From: Dicyema japonicum
Taxonomy: Eukaryota > Animalia > Dicyemida
DNA length: 64,000 nt
Assembly: GCA_011109175.1 (NCBI GenBank)
Contig: RDEW01000016.1
Location: forward strand, 672,537 to 736,536
Direction of reading: 5' to 3'
A model generated the notes under the pieces. That model searched no databases and was not told the DNA's origin. It worked only from the letters and a program-made list of their open reading frames with translations. Of this stretch, positions 25,150 through 36,078 are shown in pieces. Numbering within the stretch: the stretch's first letter is position 1; each line of letters begins with the position of its first letter. The translations under genes and the position numbers were made by a program.

Positions 25150-27600
25150 CAATGAGGTCACTAATGCTTACTCGAATATGATTTTCTTTGCATAAGCTGA
25201 ACAGGAAAGTTTACAAAACGTGTTTGAGACTATCAAATATCGTTTTACTTCCTTTTATGCAAAATTGTAGAAATTTATGCCAAGGTAACTATCGAAGGTA
25301 TTTTTGAGTTTTTTATAGAGTTGTAGTTTAAAAAATTGGTTTGATTTATTGATCCGAGGACTGTTTGGAGTACAAGAAATTGATCCAAATTCTTTACCAG
25401 AGAGCCGAACCAATCTCTCCAGGGGATTATCGACCAGGTGAATAAGAAAAAGTTGAATGAGTTTCGGAAGTTTTCAGAGTATCCAAGTCAAGATTTGTAA
25501 GACTACCTCGAAGGAGATGGCCTTATAACGAAAACCTTCAATGATAGATTTCGTCGAACTCTAGCAAACTTGAAAAACTTTGTGAAATCCAAACCATTGT
25601 GCTCCATTGCTCAAATTGATATGGAAACTAGGAAAAGTGCCCAAAAATCGGAAATATCATGTTACAAATATACTATAGATGAACTATACTCCCAAATTCG
25701 TATTTGTATCGTGGCTTAGACGAGGAGCAAGAGAATTCTCAATTTTTGTTCAACAAAAGCCAGTGCCTTTTATTTTGGGAGAACATTTGGAAACAACAGC
25801 CGAGCAATGAGAACACATTGAACAGATAAGTGACTGGAGCAAAAGATAAATTTTCAGACTTCAGCAAAGAAAACATCCTGGAATTAATTAAAAATCTCCT
25901 GAACTGGAGAGCTAGCAGATGTGATGGGGTGTACAACTTTTCCAAAAAAATCACACCGATTCATGACCACGTTTGTGAAGAGGTCTCAAAGTTAATACAC
26001 TGAAAGTATACTCCAGATAAGTGGTTTTACACTGGAATCACATATCTTATCCCTGGAGAAAGACATTTGCCAAAGGACTACTGGACTTCCTTAGTGGATT
26101 GTGACCTCTGTAAAGAACTTGGTCACGAGGTGGAAAATTAAATTGAATTTCAACCGGAAACAAATTGGGGAATTGAAAAGGGGAATTCTGCAGAGTGTCA
26201 GATATCATAATGGACTCACTTAGTAGGGCTTTAAATGCGAAATAACCAAAAGTATTTACTCAGGCAAAGGCTCTATTTCATACGTAACAAATCACTTTTT
26301 ATGGAAGACATAAAAATATTTTCACAAAAGGAAGAAACTATGATAGAAATGATGAACCAAGTGAATACTTTTTTCCATGCTGCTGGACTTGAGAGCAAAA
26401 TTTCAGTTCTGAAGCAGAATTACTTGATGAAATGGATGATTATCGATACCTCGGGGTTCTGGAAAATAAAGATAGCAAAGTCTTGAAAGAAGAAATTCTA
26501 AAGTCAATATTTGAGGGAGCTAAAAAAAGAATCGACAACCTGGCCAAGTCAAAATTTAACTCAGTGAACTTGTTTAAAGCCATAAACGAATATGTCTTAT
26601 CGTTGTATAACTATAAACTAATTGACACCAACTGATTATAAACTAATTGACATACGCAAATACTTCTGCGAATAAAGACTATATATTCCAAGAAACCAAC
26701 TTGGAAGGGGAATGGGATCTATTACACATAAAAGTGATGCTATTTCATTTCCTACGAAACTTTGAAAACAAGTCGAGTTATTGTTTGAGGAAGTCGGGGA
26801 TTCTGTGGGTCATCGAATCAAAGAAAACACACATGTCTATGCCGAAAATATAAAGCTCAAAGGTCTTTTTTTCAGTCTCGTCCTATTAAAAAAACATCGA
26901 AATAACTGACTAATTGGATAAATTCAGAAAAGCAGCTACATGAAGTCTTATTCCACTGTCTGAGTAATTTAAATATCGATATCGTCGAATCTTCCCTTTG
27001 TCTATCGCACGAGAACAACTCACCCAAATGTGAGGGATGATGTGTCTATCACAAGACCAAAACCTATTCTTTAATAATCCTGGGGTCAGCTGCAGTCACT
27101 GCAACTCAGCCAAAAAAACTGTTGACCACTTGGCAACAATATGTGGACTATCTCCTACGTCGTAACGATGTTGTTAGATGCTTACATTTGCATCTATACT
27201 GACAATACGGAATAAAAAATCCAAGAAACTGAAAGCACATTTTGTGCAATTAGCAGTTGTGAATCAGTCGAGTTTAGAGTGGATACAGAAATAAGTACAG
27301 ATACGAAAGTACAGAACAACAAAGCAATTATCTTTGTAGTAGACGAAGGAGGAATTTAATTATGCTTATCCAAGTGGGAATCACCTCACAACAGGCGTTG
27401 AAACAAGTCGAGGTTGAAAAACTACACAAATATGACTTGTCAGTGAATTGGCATATATCCACAATACTAAAGTTAATATTGTTCAATCGTACTAACATGG
27501 AATGATTTTGTGAGCAAATTCCACAAACATCATTACAATTCCCTGAAAGTTGAGGCCAATTCGAGAATATATTCAATCAACCGTCATCAGATAATCTTGG
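25150..27600 (+). mobile_element. R4/Dong-like RLE non-LTR retrotransposon, degenerate
   Basis: FWENIW, WFYTGITYLIP, LFMEDIKIF, YRYLGVLE, LFKAINEY, C..C..TVDHLAT, NNK.IIFVVD RLE region. Confidence 0.85.
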
Positions 27601-27699
27601 ATAGTATGCGAATAGAGAACAAATATGGAATAATTGGACGATTCCCAGAAAACTCAAGCCTAAGGGAAAAATGGATCATGTGACAATATAGAACTTGTC

Positions 27700-28440
27700 T
27701 ATCCAATGACATAGACTATTTTCGGAAAAAATGGAGGATATACAAAATATCATCAAATGTGCAAACGAAATATTAGACAAATGATCATTGAAAGTGAATA
27801 TTGAAAAACGGACAAAACAACAGTGAAATAGAGGTCCAATCGGTTGATGAAACATGGAGAATAGTGAGGAAATTGTGTTATCTAGTAGGAGACTGGGAAG
27901 ACATTAAAAAGAAGAAAACTGTAGCAACAATGGCACTAAATAAAATACAGTCCAGTGGATGAGTACTCCTTACGTATCATCAATACAAATTGCGGCTTCC
28001 TATGCTTCTATACAAATCTGGAGCACGTCAATAACTCACATTGGGGAAAAAATACACCCACGACAGAAATCAGCTACGGTCAATGATGAAAATCAGGATT
28101 CCAAAAAAAGATTAGTAAAAAAGAGCTGTACAGAATATGCAATTCACAGCCGATCTAATTAAGGAGAGGTGGAAGTTATTTGGACATATTCGAATGATGG
28201 ATCAAGTAGTTCCGGCAAATAATGCTATTGAGGCTAACTTCCAGAGCAGTTCTGGATACCACTGACCTCTAACGCTACTTTCTCACTATTCCAATTCACT
28301 AAGATCGCGTGACTGTAAATAAAAAACTCAAAAATGCAGACGACCTAGATGTCCGCCGAAAAAATCGCTTTCTCTAGGAATCCGTGAAAATATCTAACTC
28401 GAAAGTTGTACACGATGTTGCAGAAACGACGATGAGATAA
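27700..28440 (+). mobile_element. short RTE-like LINE, degenerate 3' half
   Basis: WRIVRKL..EDIKKKK..ATMALNKI, RWKLFGHI..PANNAI, ADDLD. Confidence 0.65.
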
Positions 28441-29491
28441 CTTTATTCTAGTTGCTTTTGCAAAGGCCGCAGTGAGGAAGACTATGGCTCCCGACGTTTC
28501 TAAGCCACTGGTTTGAATCGGTTATCGGTCTCCAGTCAAATATACAAGGAAAGTTCCCTGTTACTATTTGATCTGGTTCTCTTCTGATTTTCTCTATTCC
28601 ACTCGATTTTTAAAACACTGATAGAATCGATTCTACGTTCTGTCCTCGGTTTGAAATCAAAAAATATAATTCCACTTAAGTCTTGTGGTGTTCCTTATTA
28701 ATATTGACAGCAAGAGTACTGGTTACTCTAATAAATGATCACGAATAGGATATGATCTACTTTGAACTCACTTATATGCAATTGGAAAGATCGACTCTAA
28801 ATCCCAGTTTATGGTATATTTTATGTTCGTTCTGTTGGAATATAATTGGATGACGAAACCATTTTACAACATAGCTTTGTGACTTAGTCTCGATGGTAAA
28901 CATCAATGTGGCTGACAGATGACATGAAGCTTTTTACTGTGGTGTAAACTTAGGATTGAGAATTACTTATAGACTTGACAGATGATAAAACAAGAACTCT
29001 GACATAATAATCACCATCGAGTCAAGGAAAATCCTTGACATGGAACCTTTTAAATCGTATACGTCCTCAAATCAAGAGTTAGTGCTACTAAAGAGTTTAA
29101 AGGAAAGTACTATCAGAAACTTGCGACATACTTTTAGGTAATTTATGTTAAATCTCAGTTTTTGTCCGAGCATACTAAGATTAATTGAGAAAATGGGGAG
29201 AACTAAGAACTCTTAACTGGTCGTATTGAGGGAAAAGTTTTAATCTATTTTGGTGCAAACAAATATGTTTATTATATCCTTCAAATTACATTAAAAGATT
29301 TAAAATGCATTTATGAATATTTGAGGTAAGATTACCTCAGAGTTGCTGATTACATATTACCATTAAAAGTACAATGAATTAATCATTCCTGCAATAGTCG
29401 GTGAATTTTCGCTTTTGATTGGTAGAAAAGAATCCATTTAGGTTGGGTATAATAAGTGAAGTTACTGATTGTGACATTTAAGTAAAATAAT

Positions 29492-29796
29492 AATAGCCTT
29501 TTCACGGAGCCGTGGTATTAGATCCGCATAGGCAGGACACTTTATTTAAGTAAAGAACAGTTAATTTTAACTAATCGTAGAACCAAGGAATGATCTTCAC
29601 TTTTTTTTCTTTTTCTTGTGTGGATCTTTTCTAGACAATCCAGTTCCGCAGTGAGTATCCACTGATGACGGCGTCACTCGTCAAACCCTTTTGGCATCGT
29701 AGATGCGTGGAACCTTCCACCAGGTAAACAGCAGGAGAATCGAACCCGTAACCTAATTCACTTTAGCCCGACACCTAACCACGACGCAACCCGGAC
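29492..29796 (-). mobile_element. full-length tRNA-derived SINE (305 bp) with a 10-bp TSD
   Basis: head with A-box-like GCGTCGTGGTTAGG and B-box GGTTCGATTC; GTAAAATAAT direct repeat at 29482-29491 and 29797-29806; second copy at 24926. Confidence 0.85.
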
Positions 29797-29829
29797 GTAA
29801 AATAATGTTTCAAAAAAACGAGTTTTATT

Positions 29830-30400
29830 TTTACGGGGAACAATTAAATCAAAATTACTACTCGCTTCTAGACCTTTCTCCTCTTAGAAGAAGAGTTGTT
29901 GACCTGGACCCCATCAGTTACCACCTCACTCAGGTTACCTGGAACGTCATTGTACTGGGCTGCCAACTCCACCAGGTGATTGGTTGCTGTAACCAGATCT
30001 TCCTCGATCGTGTGGACCCCATACTTATACTCCACCAACATGCTCTCCAACGTTTTTTTGAGGACAACGGATTGGATTTATGTTCTAATTGGCGCATGAT
30101 TGCGATTGTTCCCAAATGAGATCTATAAGTCTTCGAAAAAACAATAGGTATGACTTTGACTGTAGCAACATAAAGTAACTTGAGCTCTCCAGCCAGTAAA
30201 GCGTACTTATGTAACTTTTCTACCTCAGTCTGCTTCAACAACCCATAAGAAGTAATTCCAATTTCAACAAGTAAAATTTCATTCTTCTCCTTATCGTGGA
30301 AAAAATATCAGGTTTATTGAACCGGACATTTGGCCGACAGACAAACATTTGGATTTTTGAATATTTGGCCGTAGGACGTGGAACAAAAATGGAAGAGGGA
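29830..30400 (-). mobile_element. R4/Dong-like element, RLE 3' fragment
   Basis: NVRFNKPDIF..EILLVEIGITSYGLLKQTEVEKLHKYALLAGELK..VIPIVFS. Confidence 0.8.
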
Positions 30401-30535
30401 GGACCTACTTCTTCACCATTCTTCGGAACCGGAAGCCTGTAATTAAGCATGTTTCATTAAATATTGGAATATTTAAATTCTAAGCCTAATTATGTCAATG
30501 TGTAATAATTATAACAAGAAGAACCATATTAATAA

Positions 30536-31397
30536 CTAATAATCACTAATACTAAAATGTTGATATCTTTGACGATAGAGTGATTTGATTCCGAAGTAAA
30601 CAATTATTGATAATATAAAGACAACAACGATTAATGCTCCAACCAATAGAAGTCTTTTTTTATATTGAATGAGATGGACACAATCAGCGGCTAAATTACA
30701 ATAAAAAATAACGTTTTCCTACAAAATCATGAGTTTTGTCATGTCTTAATGCTTGCAACTTGAAGAATAGTAAAAGTAGACTTGAATTTTTATCAAATCG
30801 AACAACATAATGTCCACATTGTAAATAAGTCATTTTGTTTAAAAGAGGAAATTTTTTAAAATCGGTAAATTGAATCCCACGATCTTAATATATTATTATT
30901 ATTACAGTGTATGATTTCAATAACGCCCAGATAATAGGAATTACCTTGTTTTTTTAAAGAAATTGTAATATAAAAATGTTTACAGCTCATAACAAGGTAG
31001 AAAGACTCATAAGCTCGATAAAATTTAAATGCGTCACTTTCATTAAATACATAATTTAGTTTCTAACATTAATAATAATTCACCTTTTTACCATCATCAT
31101 ATCTATATTCAATATGTCCTTTCATTACCGCTTTCACAAACCCATCAGATTCGCTAACCCATGTTGAAACAACATGGTTATTTTTAGTTGATAATCCCGG
31201 TTTTTTCGAACTCTTTTTTGTTGTAGTCGTCATTTTTGTTGTAGTCGTCATTTTTGTTGTAGTCGTCATTTGTGTTGTAGTAACATTCTTTTTTGCAGTT
31301 TTGTTTGTTGCTACTGTTGTAGTATTATCAACAAGTGATATTAAACAGTTTATGAGAACTAAATATTAAATACCATACAACTCATTGAAAAGAGCAT
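30536..31397 (-). CDS. LAMP/CD68-like membrane glycoprotein, copy 2 (5 exons, 258 aa)
   Basis: paralog of 16362-17169; introns 20/21/22/22 nt give 777 nt in frame; stalk expanded with KNVTTTQ plus 3x MTTTTK. Confidence 0.7.
31213..31270 (-). repeat. 18-bp coding tandem repeat (MTTTTK)x3
   Basis: gtagtcgtcatttttgtt units inside exon 2 of LAMP-like copy 2. Confidence 0.9.
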
Positions 31398-31548
31398 ATT
31401 TAGGTTATATTTTATTCGATTTTAATAAATTTTAAATATTAAAATGTCATATTTAAGATTTTTATAATAAATTATTATTATTACTAACAATCTCAGTTGA
31501 AATATTTTCTTATTTACTTTTTTGGTCCCCACAATGGCTTTAGTCCGA

Positions 31549-31794
31549 CTAATCCGTGCTAACCACAGACACAAGTGGATCTGACTTTCTGGTCGATTTT
31601 GTCACAAAAATTCGTGTGGCATCTTCTGGAAGACGCAGAGAAATATCAACAGTCTTATAAAATTTGAAGTGGAAGCCGTTACTATCTATCGCCTCTGAAC
31701 TTTCACGGAAACTTGAAAATAATTTTATAAAATAGCATTGTCGATCAGTCAATACCAAATATATAAAAGAATTCAATAAAATTGAAAGAGACAT
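31549..31794 (-). CDS. small hypothetical protein with a hydrophobic N-terminus
   Basis: ORF MSLSILLNSFIYLVLTD..; a possible 26-nt GT-AG intron near the 3' end; no family recognised. Confidence 0.25.
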   Translation of the reverse strand: MSLSILLNSFIYLVLTDRQCYFIKLFSSFRESSEAIDSNGFHFKFYKTVDISLRLPEDATRIFVTKSTRKSDPLVSVVSTD

Positions 31795-31799
31795 TTCAT

Positions 31800-32036
31800 C
31801 CTCTTACTACCATGTCTCCATAACTTACGCCTTTTCAAAAGTGTTGGAGAAGCTTGCATTAATGGTAATACCCTGTTCCACAACATGAAGACGTACGGAC
31901 TGCTCTAGTGTCTATCAATGTACAGAAAGCTTTCGATTATGTTTCGAAGACACTCCTATATAAAAAATATCTTTAATTCGAATTACTAGATTCAGACTTC
32001 TTGGTGATTTTTCAAATGACTTCACATATGATGCTT
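31800..32036 (+). mobile_element. I-group RT fragment
   Basis: FSKVLEKL and LVSINVQKAFD motifs. Confidence 0.55.
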
Positions 32037-33007
32037 NNNNNNNNNNNNNNNNNNNNNNNNNNNNNNNNNNNNNNNNNNNNNNNNNNNNNNNNNNNNNNNN
32101 NNNNNNNNNNNNNNNNNNNNNNNNNNNNNNNNNNNNNNNNNNNNNNNNNNNNNNNNNNNNNNNNNNNNNNNNNNNNNNNNNNNNNNNNNNNNNNNNNNNN
32201 NNNNNNNNNNNNNNNNNNNNNNNNNNNNNNNNNNNNNNNNNNNNNNNNNNNNNNNNNNNNNNNNNNNNNNNNNNNNNNNNNNNNNNNNNNNNNNNNNNNN
32301 NNNNNNNNNNNNNNNNNNNNNNNNNNNNNNNNNNNNNNNNNNNNNNNNNNNNNNNNNNNNNNNNNNNNNNNNNNNNNNNNNNNNNNNNNNNNNNNNNNNN
32401 NNNNNNNNNNNNNNNNNNNNNNNNNNNNNNNNNNNNNNNNNNNNNNNNNNNNNNNNNNNNNNNNNNNNNNNNNNNNNNNNNNNNNNNNNNNNNNNNNNNN
32501 NNNNNNNNNNNNNNNNNNNNNNNNNNNNNNNNNNNNNNNNNNNNNNNNNNNNNNNNNNNNNNNNNNNNNNNNNNNNNNNNNNNNNNNNNNNNNNNNNNNN
32601 NNNNNNNNNNNNNNNNNNNNNNNNNNNNNNNNNNNNNNNNNNNNNNNNNNNNNNNNNNNNNNNNNNNNNNNNNNNNNNNNNNNNNNNNNNNNNNNNNNNN
32701 NNNNNNNNNNNNNNNNNNNNNNNNNNNNNNNNNNNNNNNNNNNNNNNNNNNNNNNNNNNNNNNNNNNNNNNNNNNNNNNNNNNNNNNNNNNNNNNNNNNN
32801 NNNNNNNNNNNNNNNNNNNNNNNNNNNNNNNNNNNNNNNNNNNNNNNNNNNNNNNNNNNNNNNNNNNNNNNNNNNNNNNNNNNNNNNNNNNNNNNNNNNN
32901 NNNNNNNNNNNNNNNNNNNNNNNNNNNNNNNNNNNNNNNNNNNNNNNNNNNNNNNNNNNNNNNNNNNNNNNNNNNNNNNNNNNNNNNNNNNNNNNNNNNN
33001 NNNNNNG
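32037..33007. other. assembly gap
   Basis: run of N. Confidence 0.99.
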
Positions 33008-33830
33008 TCTTGTTTTCATGACTTCTTCCTTGGTGAGAAGATGCACATAGAAAACCTGAATGTTCTTCATTTTTGAGGAAAGGGAGTTCCAAAGTGTCGT
33101 GCTTTCTCCTGTATTCCGTTGATCTTTTTTTGAATCAATGAATGGAATTCTAAGGGCCATCAGGGCAAAACTGAGGAGTTTTAGCCAGGCCTCCAGGTCG
33201 TCCGACGTGAGGGCATCGTCAATTGCAGAGGCCAGACATGTAGCCGCGGGGATCCGGACGGGTCTTGGGATCCTGATTGGGATCTTCCTGACTTTCTTTA
33301 GATCCGACAAGAAGAGCAAGAGGTTGTCCATATCATTAAAGTCTAGAGGCTCATTTGGTTCGACGTGCTCGCTTGGAATGATCCTCTAGGTTTTCCGACC
33401 AGTGTCCATGCAGACACTGCAGTTCCACAGGCAGAGCGAGCATGCAGCCCGCTGAGATATCTTTATGCATCCAAGGTGGAAAAAGTCACCGCAAGACGAG
33501 CAGAAAAGTCCATATTTGCGTGCATTAGCATGACTGCATGAAAAGCATGTAGTGTCCAGTCTCTTGGGTGTAATGTGTGTTGCTTCATTATATAAACGAC
33601 GCTCCATGATGATACAATTACTCACCACAAGACCACCAGGCGTTAATTGAATTTATTTGTTGCATAGAAGAAGATTTTTTTGCGAATCACTTTAAAAAAT
33701 TAATACGCCAATCATTGATAATAGTATCGAAACCTTGGTATTCTTTACCGACTTCCCCGTTCTCTCTGGGATCTTTCAATTGTAGAGGACTTGATCAACC
33801 TTACAAGAAACACCAACTGGTATGCGATCT
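33008..33830 (-). repeat. near-identical duplicate of about 4262-5090 (PHD-CRE 5' end plus adjacent RTE-like start)
   Basis: ORFs 33386-33628 and 32012-33331 repeat 4642-4914 and 4156-4587; similarity continues into the flank. Confidence 0.9.
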
Positions 33831-34134
33831 AACTAGCTTAACAAAAGATGAAATTAATTTGAATAGAAAAATTTGATTGATAAGTTGAAAGAAGTTTACT
33901 CTGACGTATTGCTAAACATGGATGAAACTGGAATCTTATTTCAATCTTTCCCTTCTAGAACAATTTCATATAAAAAAGAATAGGCATAAAGCAATAAAAT
34001 GTGAGAATCACTATAGCTAAAGCAACTGGAACAATAAAAACTAAACCTTTTGTTATTTGGCAAGTCAAAGACCAAGATGTTTAAAAGATTTTGACTTAGA
34101 AAATTATTTAATATACAAATAAGATGTACTAAAG

Positions 34135-34735
34135 ATGAAAACACTGGCAAATGCGGCCATGACTAAACTGAAGAAAGGATTGCTAAGAGCCAAAGGACTT
34201 GGAATTGACATCAAATGCAGGCTTTACAACGCGTTTATGAAACCGATCCTACTGTACAACGCTGGGATATGTGGAAGATCCTTCAACGAACTATTGAAAC
34301 TGGATTCGTTCCATCGAAGGCAACTAAGAAGCTTACTCGGAATGGAGTGTCCACGTAGAATATCAACCACTGGTATCTACAACAAGTGTATGTGTTCTTA
34401 CATCAGCAAGGATGTGATAGATGCCCGGTGGAGGCTATTTGGGCATGTACTAAGAATGAACCCGGACGCACCCGCTAACAAAGCGATAAAAGATTACTTT
34501 GAAAGTTGCGACAAACCCTTCCGCGTCGACCTAGATGGACACTTCAGACTGCCTTAAACAAAAATCTAAATCGTGTGAGAAAAAAATCTAAAGACGGGGG
34601 ACGACCAGAACGAATTGAGATCACTCGCATTCGACAGAGGAAGATGGAAAAGATTAACTGTAAATATTGTTTCTTTGAGTGTTGCTATGTGGGGCTATAA
34701 ACATTATGGCTTTCGTGAAAATGCCTTAATAATAT
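34135..34735 (+). mobile_element. short RTE-like LINE 3' part with intact tail
   Basis: RLYNAFMKPILLYNAG..LDSFHRRQLRSLLG..RWRLFGHVLR; tail atggctttcgtgaaaatgccttaataata. Confidence 0.85.
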
Positions 34736-35499
34736 GCAAATAAAAGGGTTTGGATGACAAGAATACTTTTTAATGTTTTCATCAGTCATCTTAGCGATTA
34801 ATTAAAAGTTTTTATTAAGGAAAAAAAGAGAGTAAACGATTATATAGCGGCTGCCCTGACTGTATGGCTATTTCCTCTCAGGATGGAGAAATCACTCTTG
34901 TGTAATATGGGTCTTAGACAGATAATAAATAATTCTCTGCTTGGACAAAATTTGACTACTATTGCTTTGACAGGGACTCATTCTTCTCTGGAACAACTAA
35001 TTAAAAGAACAAGTATCCCACACCAAAGTGATGATTCAGTTCTTAATATGAGGAGAATTTAATGTATACTTTACAATAGCATAGATTACATCAGTTTGTG
35101 CACAGTTTTCGTCAAAATATTGGTATATTAATGGTTAACTTTTCAGATGTTGAGACAAATATGGTTCATAAAATATGGTCTGGGACTTTTTCTGTCTGTC
35201 CTTTTCCTTGGAAGCAGTTATTCACAAAATCAGTGATAGTTAATCACCATGTATATTCTGTCTTATATTACAATGTGCCATCGTCATTAGACAATAAGGA
35301 AATGGGTTCAATTTAAGTGTCAATATTATATGAATATGTATCCTCACATTCTTTTATGTTTTGTGATTCCAGTCTCTTGATTTTTAGTTCAAGGTCAAAT
35401 AATCCCATTTTCGCTCTATTTACTTGTTAATCCGTTAAGAGCACTCAGTTCCTTGGATCAACATAGACAGATGCTAACAGGATGTAATTGTTTAGCAAT

Positions 35500-35710
35500 T
35501 GAGCTTTCCTTTTTCCATTGTAATTACTTTTGAAATCAATCCTCCTCTTTTGGAATTTATATTACATTTTTCCATAGAAATGATCCACCTGTTGAATCTT
35601 GCGCCTGTAACCGTTTTGTAGTTTGGAAAAAAAGATATAAAACATATTCCAATTCTATAAGTTCTTCCCATTGCTTTTCAGTTAGTGAAATGTTTTGGTT
35701 GTCAATATTT
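35500..35710 (-). mobile_element. hAT transposase remnant
   Basis: SLTEKQWEELIELEYVL.LF.QTTKRLQAQDSTGGSFLW resembles the hAT insertion-domain helix. Confidence 0.45.
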
Positions 35711-36078
35711 TCATTGACCACTTACACTAGAGTAGAAGATTCTGCCCTTGGGTGATATCCATAAAAGAAGGAGTTTACAAAATCTCCAACAGCCGTTTGA
35801 CCCCAGCCATTACTCGAATCCATTAATCGCAGACACATCCTGAGAACCACCAGAAAATCCAACTTCTGGGAAAAGAGGAAATATGGACAAAGACAATACA
35901 TGACTTGTGTCCATTTAAAAAGTACTGGAGGGCAGACATCCTGAGATTATCACTTTAGGACTGTTTCTCACGAGGCCGTCAGACTAGAACTTGCACACCT
36001 GTGATTTGGGCATCATCCATCTCTGGTTGGATCACCAGTACTTGAATCGTCTTTCCTATAATTTAAAAAATAAAAAGA

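Noticed and set aside
29660-29695. Hammerhead ribozyme (CTGATGA) antisense to the SINE
   Set aside because: No GAAA after stem II (CAAA or CGAG instead) and no cleavage-site helix found
29720-29796. Genuine tRNA gene
   Set aside because: The cloverleaf stems do not pair; it is the head of a TSD-flanked SINE
32001-33331. Long ORFs of 349-439 aa
   Set aside because: Artefacts of translating through the N gap
35800-36056. MiaB/CDKAL1-like gene (VIISGCLP) or an extra PRMT9 exon
   Set aside because: Stops in all frames, no consistent micro-intron model, and PRMT9 already ends at the homologous position
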